Shown here: positions 7,579-17,031 of the stretch, piece by piece
Layout: each line of letters begins with the position of its first letter
How positions within the stretch are numbered: the stretch's first letter is position 1
NCBI GenBank assembly: GCA_045605805.1
Contig: JAZUQR010000027.1
Span: forward strand, 1-64,000
Direction of reading: 5' to 3'
Length of the DNA: 64,000 nt
From: Alphaproteobacteria bacterium
Lineage (GTDB): Bacteria > Pseudomonadota > Alphaproteobacteria > CAAHEQ01 > UBA3637
Translations under genes and position numbers: made by a program
The notes under the pieces: generated by a model
The model's input: only the letters and a program-made list of their open reading frames with translations
Databases searched by the model: none
What the model was told of the DNA's origin: nothing

Positions 7579-10500
7579 TTATAACCCTAAACGCAAACCA
7601 ACCAAAGCACGCCAATCAGGCGCAGCCCCTGCCACATGATCCGGATTCAAACGCACCCCCAATTCGCTTTTGAAAAACACATTCTCCTGCACCGCATCGG
7701 TATAATAAAAACCAAGGTCATATTCCCGAGCATTGGGTTTCAAATCCGCCTGCACAACATCATGATATACCGCATCGGAAGCCACATCTCTGGCCACAGG
7801 CAAAGAAACCGTTGCCCTGCCTTGTGTAATCCGCAAAGGCGAAACAAATTGGAATCCCAGTTCACGATTTTGGTCCATCTGCCACAAAGCCGTCACAGCA
7901 AAGCTGTCACTTTTCAAATCAGCCATCTGCACCAACGAATTTTGTTTGGAAACCTGCGTCCTGCCGGTATAATACATTCCCTCCACAACAAACGAATCTG
8001 TCACACGAAAAGTCACACCACCGCCCACAAACGAGGTTTTACCGTTGCCAAACTTAAAAGCACCACGGCCCCACATTCCAAGCACAGAGCCTTGTTCATT
8101 GGCCACACCAGCTGTCAGCTTGACACCAAGTTTATCCCATCCGTTATATTGAAGAGTGCTTTGAAAGAGCGACGATTTATTGTGTTCCATATCGTTCAAA
8201 TCATCCACATCAACAAAACCGTTTTGTCCAACTTGTCCCAACACAGTGGCTTGCCAGTTTTTGGATATATCATAACTAACCGCACCACCCCACACTTCCT
8301 TCATCTGGGCATAAGGAGCCAACATCAAACGTTCAAAGTAAGTACCGCCACTTGTTGTTGTGTCTTCCGAATAAAAAGTTTTGAATTGCCATTTATCAAA
8401 CGGCCGAACAGAAAACAAAACAGAACCTTTTTTCACATCCGAAGCCCGATTGGAAAGGCGTTCGGAAAAGCGCATACGAACCGTATCCGTCTGTGCCACC
8501 ACCACATCTTTACCGTTCATAAACGACTTAAAACGACCATCCAACTTATTCTCCCGCTTGGCAACCCGCACAAAATCGGCCGTCTTGCGTTCAAAAGCAC
8601 GATTATATTTATCAAACACAACCATTTTGTTGGGCAACGCATTGGCCAAGCCTGACAAAGCAGCAGGCACAGAAGCCGAAGAAGCAGCCGCCAACACAAC
8701 CTCACTGTTGACATCATCTCCCAAAACGATTTTAGGCAAACCTACAGGATTGGTGGCTGCTTTCAAATTTACCAAACCATGTCCATAGATTTCATCCACA
8801 CCTTCATCGCCTAAATCCGTTGCCGTTTCAAATAAAATCTGAACCACCTCTTGATTCGTTAAATGCGGAAAAGCCCCTTTAAGCACAGCCAACGCCCCCG
8901 ATACAATTGGTGTCGCCATAGAAGTGCCTTGCATCCCCATATAAGTGGAATTTTTTGTACCATCATCGTTGGTGGAAAAGTTGGTGGAAAAAATGAATTG
9001 ATCCCCATCCCCCCCTGGGGCAGCAAGACAATAATTTTGTGTCACACCACATTTAGCCGAATAAGAAGCCAATTCATTATTGGAATTCAACGCAATCACA
9101 TTCACCAATAAATTGGTTAAATCACGCCCCTTACTCCCATCATACTCATCCGACAAAGGCGCATAAGACAGAACAGACGGCTGATAAGGCTTGTCTCCAT
9201 CCCAAGTATAATTCCCAGCAGCCACAACCATAATTTTATTGTTATCTGCCACCGCATCATAAAAGGCGTTTATTTTAGTCTCGCTTGCATACTCCTTAAA
9301 AAACGCCGCAGCATCATTCTCTGTTTGAATGTCAGAATTATCTTTAAGAGAAGCAATACTAAAATTCAAAATATCAGCCAAAGGCACAACAGAAGCAATT
9401 GTCGGCCATACAGGAAGATCTAAATCAATCCTCACCGGTAAAAGAGCTGCATTATAAGCCACCCCCATCATTCCCACATTATTTTTTGTGGCCCCAATCA
9501 AACCGGCCACATGTGTTCCGTGGTTATTATAGTTGGTCCGTTCTTTCACAAAAGCATTCGTTCCATACCAAAATTTCCCCTGACCATCATTCTCTAATGG
9601 ATATGCTTGGCCATCTCTCGGATTATATAAATAAGTCTGTCCGTCTTTTTCAAAAGACCTGAAAACCACTCCTTCCGCATTTACAAACTCTTTATAAACT
9701 AAAGGTGTGGTATCTGTTGAGTTATAGGTGTAATTTGTGTACTTTGAAGCCCAAGCATACCACGCATTTTCTGAAATTTTCCGTGTGTACGGAGTGCTGT
9801 CATTAACTTGAAAAGTTGCCACACTCTCCGCTGGATTATATGACCAACAATTTGTGCTTTCACCCGATGAACAAACACCATAGACAAAATTTGCCCCCGA
9901 AAGCATATTATTTTTTAAGTCTTCATGTTCAGCCCAAACACCATCATCAAAAACTGCCACACGCACCTTATTTTCGGAAATAGCCTCTTCACCAATACCA
10001 TCCAAAGTTCCGTCATCAAAACGCTTAACTTTATACCCTGTGTACCCTCTGGCATACGCATCAGCAGCATGAATGGCCCCCAAAAAATTATAACTCATTG
10101 GATTGTCATAAATCGGTGAAGCCTTTGCTTGATATTCCTCAGTTTCAAAATCTTTTGGATCCAATTTCAAAGGGGCTTGCCAAGATTCAATTTTATCTCC
10201 CGAACCACCAGAGCCACCACTGCCCCAAGCCGCTATCACACCAGCCGCCAAACCACCCACAACAAGCTCGCCAAAGCCAAGCATGGGAAAGGCAAACGCT
10301 TTGTCGGAACCACCCAACACATACACAGATTGTGCTGTGTCAAAACGGCCTTTATAAAAGGTATTTGCTTTTGGTTGATTGGCATAAAAAGAAGCCACTT
10401 GATTTTGGGGCAATTGACGCACACAGGCCACATATGGGCTGGCTCCTTGTGTCAACAGCATTTCATAACCTTCATAATCCCGTGTTAAAATCGTTTGACA

Positions 10501-10683
10501 TAAAGGGGTCATCCCATGTGCATCAGGTTGATTCAAATCAAAACCAGTTTGTCTTATTTTTTTCAACCCCTCTAAATCACGATTTTGCACAACCTCCAGC
10601 ACCTGTTGATAGTGCATAAAAGAGGTAGCCATTACCGAAGAGCTGGCCATTAAAAAAGAAAAAAATAAAACTTTGGCGTTCAT
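7579..10683 (-). CDS. Ankyrin-repeat + S8 serine peptidase + C-terminal beta-barrel protein
   Basis: Signal peptide; ankyrin-like DAHGMTPLCQTI; full triad VAVFDDG / HGTHVAG / GTSMATP; oxyanion AAGN; amphipathic C-terminal strands. Confidence 0.9.
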   Translation of the reverse strand: MNAKVLFFSFLMASSSVMATSFMHYQQVLEVVQNRDLEGLKKIRQTGFDLNQPDAHGMTPLCQTILTRDYEGYEMLLTQGASPYVACVRQLPQNQVASFYANQPKANTFYKGRFDTAQSVYVLGGSDKAFAFPMLGFGELVVGGLAAGVIAAWGSGGSGGSGDKIESWQAPLKLDPKDFETEEYQAKASPIYDNPMSYNFLGAIHAADAYARGYTGYKVKRFDDGTLDGIGEEAISENKVRVAVFDDGVWAEHEDLKNNMLSGANFVYGVCSSGESTNCWSYNPAESVATFQVNDSTPYTRKISENAWYAWASKYTNYTYNSTDTTPLVYKEFVNAEGVVFRSFEKDGQTYLYNPRDGQAYPLENDGQGKFWYGTNAFVKERTNYNNHGTHVAGLIGATKNNVGMMGVAYNAALLPVRIDLDLPVWPTIASVVPLADILNFSIASLKDNSDIQTENDAAAFFKEYASETKINAFYDAVADNNKIMVVAAGNYTWDGDKPYQPSVLSYAPLSDEYDGSKGRDLTNLLVNVIALNSNNELASYSAKCGVTQNYCLAAPGGDGDQFIFSTNFSTNDDGTKNSTYMGMQGTSMATPIVSGALAVLKGAFPHLTNQEVVQILFETATDLGDEGVDEIYGHGLVNLKAATNPVGLPKIVLGDDVNSEVVLAAASSASVPAALSGLANALPNKMVVFDKYNRAFERKTADFVRVAKRENKLDGRFKSFMNGKDVVVAQTDTVRMRFSERLSNRASDVKKGSVLFSVRPFDKWQFKTFYSEDTTTSGGTYFERLMLAPYAQMKEVWGGAVSYDISKNWQATVLGQVGQNGFVDVDDLNDMEHNKSSLFQSTLQYNGWDKLGVKLTAGVANEQGSVLGMWGRGAFKFGNGKTSFVGGGVTFRVTDSFVVEGMYYTGRTQVSKQNSLVQMADLKSDSFAVTALWQMDQNRELGFQFVSPLRITQGRATVSLPVARDVASDAVYHDVVQADLKPNAREYDLGFYYTDAVQENVFFKSELGVRLNPDHVAGAAPDWRALVGLRLGL

Positions 10684-10696
10684 AACTTTTCCCCCC

Positions 10697-11248
10697 TTAA
10701 ATCAAAACAAGCGGATACTGTTCCTCTATTAAATAGGTCTTACCATCTCCAAATGCTTTAGCATGGCTGGAAAATAAACAAAAAGAATCCACCAAAAACG
10801 AATCTGAATGGAATAAATTATTTTTGGAAATATAAGCCATCACATCCGGCAAAGTTGTTCCTTGTAATTTGGCCAAAGTCACATGTGGACAAAACTTAAA
10901 TCGGTCTTTTGTATCAAGGTCCAATTTGCGCAAAACCGCCTCAACTTTTTCCTGCAACTCTCTTAAAGCCTTATCCTCGGCTACACCGGCCCACAAATGA
11001 TGTGGCACATCCCCCACCTCAAAAAAGCCAATTTCTTTTAAGGATAAATGAAACGCAGGGAAACGAATAAAACGTAACTCCCGCACCAATTCTTCCGCCA
11101 CAGGTTCTTCCACATTTCCAACAAAAGCAAGGGTTAAATGCAACTTATCAGCACTTTTCCAATAAGCCCCCGACAATTCCTTATCCAACCCAATCAATTG
11201 TTCCTTGATATGTTCAGGAATGTCCAAACCAATAAACAAACGTATCAC
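10697..11248 (-). CDS. thpR: RNA 2',3'-cyclic phosphodiesterase (2H phosphoesterase)
   Basis: N-terminal RLFIGL and two HxT motifs (LHLTL, PHVTL). Confidence 0.92.
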   Translation of the reverse strand: MIRLFIGLDIPEHIKEQLIGLDKELSGAYWKSADKLHLTLAFVGNVEEPVAEELVRELRFIRFPAFHLSLKEIGFFEVGDVPHHLWAGVAEDKALRELQEKVEAVLRKLDLDTKDRFKFCPHVTLAKLQGTTLPDVMAYISKNNLFHSDSFLVDSFCLFSSHAKAFGDGKTYLIEEQYPLVLI

Positions 11249-11316
11249 TGCAAAAATCTCCTTTTCAAATTGTGATTTTTAGTGTATAATATATTTCCAC
11301 AAAAGGAAACAAAAAA

Positions 11317-11838
11317 ATGACAAAAATGAAAGTTTATGAAATTCCAGAACCTGTTTTGCGCCAACAAGCCCAAGAAGTGCCTGCTGTCACACAAGAAATT
11401 CAACAGATTTTATCGGATATGTTGGAAACCATGTACGCCACCAACGGCGTTGGTTTGGCTGGCAATCAGGTGGGTCTTTTGAAGCGTTTGGTGGTTATTG
11501 ATTGTGCCAACAAAGACGAAGTCCCAGAACCAATTAAAATGGTCAATCCAAAAATTATTGCCCACTCCGAAGAAAAAGTATTGCACAACGAAGGCTGTTT
11601 ATCTATTCCAAAAGAATATGCCGATGTGGAACGATGGGCCGAAGTGACAGTACAATACCTTGATGAAAATGGCCAATTGACAACAAAGCATGGCACAGAC
11701 TTATTGGCCATCGCCTTTCAGCATGAATTGGACCATCTGGATGGTGTTTTATTCATTGATCACATTTCAAAATTAAAACGGGATAAAATGATTAAACATT
11801 TGGAAAAGCGGCGTAAGCGAGAAAGTGAGGACGAATGA
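11317..11838 (+). CDS. def: Peptide deformylase
   Basis: GVGLAGNQ, EGCLS, HELDH motifs. Confidence 0.97.
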   Translation: MTKMKVYEIPEPVLRQQAQEVPAVTQEIQQILSDMLETMYATNGVGLAGNQVGLLKRLVVIDCANKDEVPEPIKMVNPKIIAHSEEKVLHNEGCLSIPKEYADVERWAEVTVQYLDENGQLTTKHGTDLLAIAFQHELDHLDGVLFIDHISKLKRDKMIKHLEKRRKRESEDE

Positions 11839-12779
11839 AAATCATCTTTATGGGAACACCTGATTTTGGCGTCCCCACATTAAAAGCATTGGCCGAAGCT
11901 GGCCACGAAATCGTTGCTGTTTATACCCAAGCGCCCAAACCCGCAGGGCATGGCATGCACGAACAATTGTCAGCTGTTCATAAAGCCGCCATAGAAATGG
12001 GCATTCCAGTCTTTACCCCAAAAAACTTCAAAAAAGAAGAAGATGTCCAACAATTTCAAAACTTTCATGCAGATTTGGCCATCGTGGCCGCCTATGGCAT
12101 CTTGTTGCCACAAATCATTTTGGACGCCCCCAAAATGGGATGTTGGAACATTCATGGATCTAATTTGCCCAGATGGCGTGGTGCTGCACCCATTCAACGA
12201 TCCATCCAAGCGGGCGATACAGCCACTTGTTTAACTTTGCAACAAATGAATGCTGGTCTGGATACAGGGGATATAATATCCAAAAGCCAAAAAGTTGACA
12301 TTACCAATACTTTAACAGCCGGACAATTGCATGATATATTCAGCCTGACCCAAGCGCCTCAGTTGGTTCTGGATGCTATTGCCCAACAGCCCACACCCGT
12401 TCCCCAACCGGAAGAAGGCGCAACCTATGCGCATAAAATCACAAAAGAAGAAACTTTAATTGACTTTAATATGCCCATACAACAAGCGTTACGTTTTATC
12501 CATGCGTTCAGTCCATTTCCGGGAGCCTATTGTATAATAAACAATCCGTTTCATCCCGAAGAACAAATACGCTTAAAAGTATTTGAATGCGAACTGGTTT
12601 CCACAAAAACAAACGCCCCTGTCGGCACAATTTTGGATAAAGACTTTACCGTTGCATTCAAAGATGGTGCATTGCGCTTCAAAACCGTTCAACAAGCAGG
12701 ACGCAAACGCCAACACGCCAACGATTTTTTGAACGGCATGCCAAAAGTGCTGAACCAAAAATTACAGGGAAAAGAATAA
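11835..12779 (+). CDS. fmt: Methionyl-tRNA formyltransferase
   Basis: FMGTPDF, NIHGSNLPRWRGAAPIQR, LDTGD; overlaps the def stop codon. Confidence 0.97.
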   Translation: MKIIFMGTPDFGVPTLKALAEAGHEIVAVYTQAPKPAGHGMHEQLSAVHKAAIEMGIPVFTPKNFKKEEDVQQFQNFHADLAIVAAYGILLPQIILDAPKMGCWNIHGSNLPRWRGAAPIQRSIQAGDTATCLTLQQMNAGLDTGDIISKSQKVDITNTLTAGQLHDIFSLTQAPQLVLDAIAQQPTPVPQPEEGATYAHKITKEETLIDFNMPIQQALRFIHAFSPFPGAYCIINNPFHPEEQIRLKVFECELVSTKTNAPVGTILDKDFTVAFKDGALRFKTVQQAGRKRQHANDFLNGMPKVLNQKLQGKE

Positions 12780-12784
12780 AAAAA

Positions 12785-13519
12785 ATGCGTTATAAATTAG
12801 TGATAGAGTATGATGGACACCCCTTTGTCGGTTGGCAAGAACAAGCCGAACAAACCTCTGTTCAAGGTGTCTTACAAAAAGCCCTTGAAACGGCCTTGCG
12901 TCATCCTGTCACCGTATGGGGATCAGGCCGCACAGACACAGGCGTTCACGCCATCGCACAAGTCGCCCACATTGAAACAAATGCGGCACTCAACACCTAT
13001 CGTTTGTTTGAATCATTAAACGCATTGGTCCGCCCCTACCCCATAAGCATAAAATCAATTGAAAAAGCATCTGATGATTTTCATGCCAGATTTTCGGCCA
13101 AAAAGCGTCACTATGTCTACAAAATCCAAAACACACCCTATCCGCCCTCCCTCAACAAAGGAAAAGTGTGGTGGATACGGCAAAAATTGGATACAGACAA
13201 AATGCAACAAGCCGCCAATTTACTACTTGGCAAGCACGATTTTTCAACTTTCCGAGCAAGCGAATGTCAAGCCAAAAGCCCCATCAAAACATTGGATGAA
13301 TGTACAATCATCCCCAACGGCGAATTCATTGAATGTCACCTCAGTGCAAAATCCTTTTTACACCATCAAGTAAGAAACATTGTTGGCTCATTGGTTTTGG
13401 TGGGACAAGGTAAATGGTCTGTGGATAAGTTCAAACACGCTTTTGAAGCCTGTGACAGAACCAAGGGTGGCCCCACAGCACCGGCCGAAGGGCTTTATTT
13501 TGAATCAGTAGAATATTAA
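12785..13519 (+). CDS. truA: tRNA pseudouridine(38-40) synthase
   Basis: YDG..F.GWQ, GRTDTGVHA, FHARFSA, FLHHQVR. Confidence 0.97.
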   Translation: MRYKLVIEYDGHPFVGWQEQAEQTSVQGVLQKALETALRHPVTVWGSGRTDTGVHAIAQVAHIETNAALNTYRLFESLNALVRPYPISIKSIEKASDDFHARFSAKKRHYVYKIQNTPYPPSLNKGKVWWIRQKLDTDKMQQAANLLLGKHDFSTFRASECQAKSPIKTLDECTIIPNGEFIECHLSAKSFLHHQVRNIVGSLVLVGQGKWSVDKFKHAFEACDRTKGGPTAPAEGLYFESVEY

Positions 13520-14502
13520 ACACCTTCTAATTGCTGCAATAAATCTTGCATATCTTGTGGCATCGGTACTTCAAAAACCATAGACTTCCCTGTTGTCGGA
13601 TGAACAAAACCCAACAACCCTGCATGCAAAGCCTGACGGGGAAAATCACGCAAGAACTGGGGCGCATTTTTCATACCATGCCCATAGGTATAATCGCCCA
13701 CAAGAGGATGACCAATAGAGCTCATATGCACACGAATCTGATGTGTTCGTCCTGTTTCCAACACACATTGCACATGGCTGACCAGCCCCCCCATAAACAC
13801 ATTCAAGCGTTCATAATGCGTCACAGCCGGCTTACCACCTGTTTTGACAACAGCCATCTTTTGGCGATTGGTTGAAGAACGACCAATATTCCCCTCAATC
13901 CGCCCTTTTTCCATAGGCACACACCCCCAAACAAAAGCCTGATAAACCCGTTCAATGGAATGAAGCTCAAATTGTTTGGCCAACGCTTGATGAGCCAAAT
14001 CGTTTTTGGCAACCACCAACAAACCACTTGTATCTTTGTCAATCCGATGCACAATACCAGGGCGTTCCACTCCACCAATGCCGGAAAGCGAACCTTTACA
14101 ATGAAATAACAAACCGTTCACAAGGGTATTATCCCAATTACCAGCCCCTGGATGAACCACCATTCCTGCCGGCTTGTTCACAACAACCACATCCGCATCT
14201 TCATACACAATATCCAAAGCCATTTCCTCAGGTAAAGCCTCAGGCAACCGAGGGGCAGGCAAAGCCACCTCAAATACCTGACCTTGTTCCACCTTCATAT
14301 CCGGCCGATTGGCAAAAATATCTTGATTTTTTAACAACACTTGATTTTCTTCAATCAAACGAATGAAGGTATTGCGAGACACTTTTGGAAAACAGCTGGC
14401 CAAAAACTTATCCAAACGCATTTTTCCCTGTTCTGCCGATACAGGGGGCGACACAAAAAGGTCTGTTTTCACTTCTTCAAAATCAATGTCATCCAAACTC
14501 AT
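13516..14502 (-). CDS. rluD: RluA/RluD-family 23S rRNA pseudouridine synthase
   Basis: S4-like RLDKFLA, NKPAGMVVHP, HRIDKDTSG, TGRTHQIRVH, RQALHA; start placed at ATG 14502. Confidence 0.92.
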   Translation of the reverse strand: MSLDDIDFEEVKTDLFVSPPVSAEQGKMRLDKFLASCFPKVSRNTFIRLIEENQVLLKNQDIFANRPDMKVEQGQVFEVALPAPRLPEALPEEMALDIVYEDADVVVVNKPAGMVVHPGAGNWDNTLVNGLLFHCKGSLSGIGGVERPGIVHRIDKDTSGLLVVAKNDLAHQALAKQFELHSIERVYQAFVWGCVPMEKGRIEGNIGRSSTNRQKMAVVKTGGKPAVTHYERLNVFMGGLVSHVQCVLETGRTHQIRVHMSSIGHPLVGDYTYGHGMKNAPQFLRDFPRQALHAGLLGFVHPTTGKSMVFEVPMPQDMQDLLQQLEGV

Positions 14503-14617
14503 ACAACAAAGTATATCAAAAAACAAACATTTTCGCAAACTTTTTATTGACACAACCCTTATTACAAAGTAATATCAGAATGAAAACCAGTGATGTTTAA
14601 CAAAAAAAGGGAGTCAC

Positions 14618-16333
14618 TTGACCAACCAAAGCAAAGCGTTAAAAGGCCTAACAATCCTATGTCTGACAGTGTGTTTCATGCTGACGGCAGGTTTGTTTTT
14701 TGCTTCTTATGAAACAAAACATCCCAAATGGATACCCCACATTCCAAGTGAAAACCAAATCTATCTCAACATCCAAAATCAATATGCAAAAAAAATAGAA
14801 CACACCATTTTCAAATTACTGGAACCATTGGTCGGTCCAAACAAAGTGCGCATTGCTGTTCAATTGGATATCAATTTGAAAAATGCAAAGCACAACACCA
14901 AAACATTATCACCACAATCAAGTGAAACCCTATCCAGCCAACAAACATTTGAAAAAGAAATCCATAACCTCATCAACCAAATGCACATCAGTGTGGTCAT
15001 AGACGGCAACACCCGCAAAGGGGATAAGGGCATCTATCAAGCACGTCCACCAAAAGAAATGGAGGCATATAAACGTTTAATCAAAAGTGCCGTTGGATTC
15101 AACCCACAACGAGGCGACACATTGGAAGTGCAAAATATGCCGTTTGAGTTCAAGCCCAAAGCACATCCGCCACACAACCATTCAAAGCACCTTGGCACAG
15201 CAATAGTTTTAATTGGTCTGATCTGCATTCTGTGGGTTTTAAGCAAAAGCTCTGCAACACCCCCCCAAACAACGCTGACACAACAAACATTAAACGAAAT
15301 CAATCAAAATCCGGCTAAAGCCATCACTGTTTTGAAAAATTGGTTCTATATGCCTCCTCAACCTAAAAATCACAATTGGACACCTATCCAAAAAATCGGC
15401 ATTATCCTGTTGGCATTGGAAGAAGAAAGCGTGCGTCAGATTTTAGTTGCTCTGGATGATAATGAAGTCAGAACAGTGGCCAAAACAATGACAACACTGG
15501 GTGTAATTCCACCAAAAGAATCTGCCCAAGTTTTAACCGAATTACACCATGCCATGTTTAACGGTTCGGCCGTTGTGGGTAATCCCACTCGTGTTCAACA
15601 GATTTTATCCGAAAGCACACGAAACGAAACCATAAAATTAAAAGAAAGCATCCAACCGACACACAGCCATCTGTGGCAAGAATTGGAAAAAATGAATAAT
15701 GATTTTGTGGCCGAAAAACTTCAAAATCTCGCCCCAGAAAAAGTGGCCTATATCTTATATCATATCAACAGTCAAAAGGCCTCACAGCTGGTTCAAACAA
15801 TGCCTGCTAAAAAAACAAGCCAGATTTTAATCCATTTAAGTCATATTGGTTCCATCACACAAGAAACAAATAAAAAAATGGAACAAGAAGCCGTGCAATG
15901 GCTGCAAAACACATTGAACACTTCACATCATATAAGCGGACAAGAAAAAACAACTCAAATTTTGGCTAACCTGACAAACCGCACTGTAAGCAACGCAGTC
16001 ATACAAGATTTAACACGCCAAGAACCGGATTTGGGCAAAAATCTGGCATTAAATTTGTTAAAATATCAAGACATCGGCCATTGGTCGGATGAAAACATTC
16101 AAATCTTGTTGCGTCACACGCCAAAAGCACAAGCCTTAACCGCTTTTGTAAACGCACCTATTTTAACCAAACAGGCCATCCAACGCAACATCCCCGAAAG
16201 CCTATGGCAAGAATTAAAAAAAGAAATCCAAAAAATGGAAAAACAACTCACACCGGAAGAAAGTTTCTCGGCCCAAAACGCCATGTTGGAAACAGCCAAA
16301 AAACTCATCCGTCAAGAAAAAATAAAATTGTAA
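14618..16333 (+). CDS. Fusion of a truncated FliF (C-terminal ring domain + TM) with a divergent FliG
   Basis: FliF-like LLEPLVGPNKVRIAVQLD, ISVVIDG, LIKSAVGFNPQRGDTLEVQNMPF, NPAKAITVLKNW, then FliG-N-like IQKIGIILLALEEE..LDDNEVR and FliG M/C-like helices in the same frame; TTG start with AAGGGAG SD. Confidence 0.8.
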   Translation: MTNQSKALKGLTILCLTVCFMLTAGLFFASYETKHPKWIPHIPSENQIYLNIQNQYAKKIEHTIFKLLEPLVGPNKVRIAVQLDINLKNAKHNTKTLSPQSSETLSSQQTFEKEIHNLINQMHISVVIDGNTRKGDKGIYQARPPKEMEAYKRLIKSAVGFNPQRGDTLEVQNMPFEFKPKAHPPHNHSKHLGTAIVLIGLICILWVLSKSSATPPQTTLTQQTLNEINQNPAKAITVLKNWFYMPPQPKNHNWTPIQKIGIILLALEEESVRQILVALDDNEVRTVAKTMTTLGVIPPKESAQVLTELHHAMFNGSAVVGNPTRVQQILSESTRNETIKLKESIQPTHSHLWQELEKMNNDFVAEKLQNLAPEKVAYILYHINSQKASQLVQTMPAKKTSQILIHLSHIGSITQETNKKMEQEAVQWLQNTLNTSHHISGQEKTTQILANLTNRTVSNAVIQDLTRQEPDLGKNLALNLLKYQDIGHWSDENIQILLRHTPKAQALTAFVNAPILTKQAIQRNIPESLWQELKKEIQKMEKQLTPEESFSAQNAMLETAKKLIRQEKIKL

Positions 16334-16343
16334 AGGAGAAACG

Positions 16344-16949
16344 ATGCCTTTTCTCCGCCCCATCCACATCACCACAAAAGAACCAAGCATCTATATTTTA
16401 CGAAGCATATCCAACCAAACAGCCTTAAATGCTTTAACCATCAAATTGGCCGAAAAGTTCAAAGAAAGCAACAAGAAAGTGTTGATTTTTGATGCCATGT
16501 TGGGGTTAAAGAATATGCCGTATTTCAACGAAAACCAACACAAAATCCCCGCTGTCTTTCAAGGTGATATTCCCTTAAACGAGTTGATACAAACACACAA
16601 TAAAATTGATATCATCACTGGCATATCTTCCACAAATTGGACAAGTTTATGCCAAACAATGCAATACAAATTAAAACAAGACTTAAAAATTTTAAGTTCT
16701 AATTATGATGTTGTTCTTATCAATCACTCTGGTTGCATCCGAAGCAAAATCCTGTGTGATTTGGGGCAAAACCTGTGGATAAGTTCAAACGAGAATAAAA
16801 CATTGATCAAAACTTTAACAAAAGCCGCCCAAAAGCCCCCCATTCAATTGATGATAAGTGACAAAGTCACCCCACAAGAAACCATTCAATTAAACCTATT
16901 GTTAAAAACAATCTGCCCAACAGCAGAAAGAATAGATTTTTTGAAATAA
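16344..16949 (+). CDS. Degenerate FlhG/MinD-like protein lacking the P-loop
   Basis: KKVLIFDAMLGLKN (cf. DxDLGLAN), IDIITG, YDVVLIN; no GKGGVGKT; SD AAGGAG. Confidence 0.7.
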   Translation: MPFLRPIHITTKEPSIYILRSISNQTALNALTIKLAEKFKESNKKVLIFDAMLGLKNMPYFNENQHKIPAVFQGDIPLNELIQTHNKIDIITGISSTNWTSLCQTMQYKLKQDLKILSSNYDVVLINHSGCIRSKILCDLGQNLWISSNENKTLIKTLTKAAQKPPIQLMISDKVTPQETIQLNLLLKTICPTAERIDFLK

Positions 16950-17031
16950 AATCCGCATAAAATCTTGACTTTTTCACAAAAAAATCTTATGTTTATCATA
17001 GTATGATTTTCAAAGAAAAAGGAACAACAAA

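Noticed and set aside
7636-8655. 339-aa antisense ORF (similar cases: 4014..4715, 23204..24064, 33594..34238, 49751..50467)
   Set aside because: Lie opposite well-supported genes with no motifs; explained by codon bias on the coding strand.
11833-11838. Possible TGA recoding (alternative genetic code)
   Set aside because: Conserved genes end at TGA at the expected lengths (def, regulator, trkH), and Trp is encoded by TGG; standard code 11 fits.
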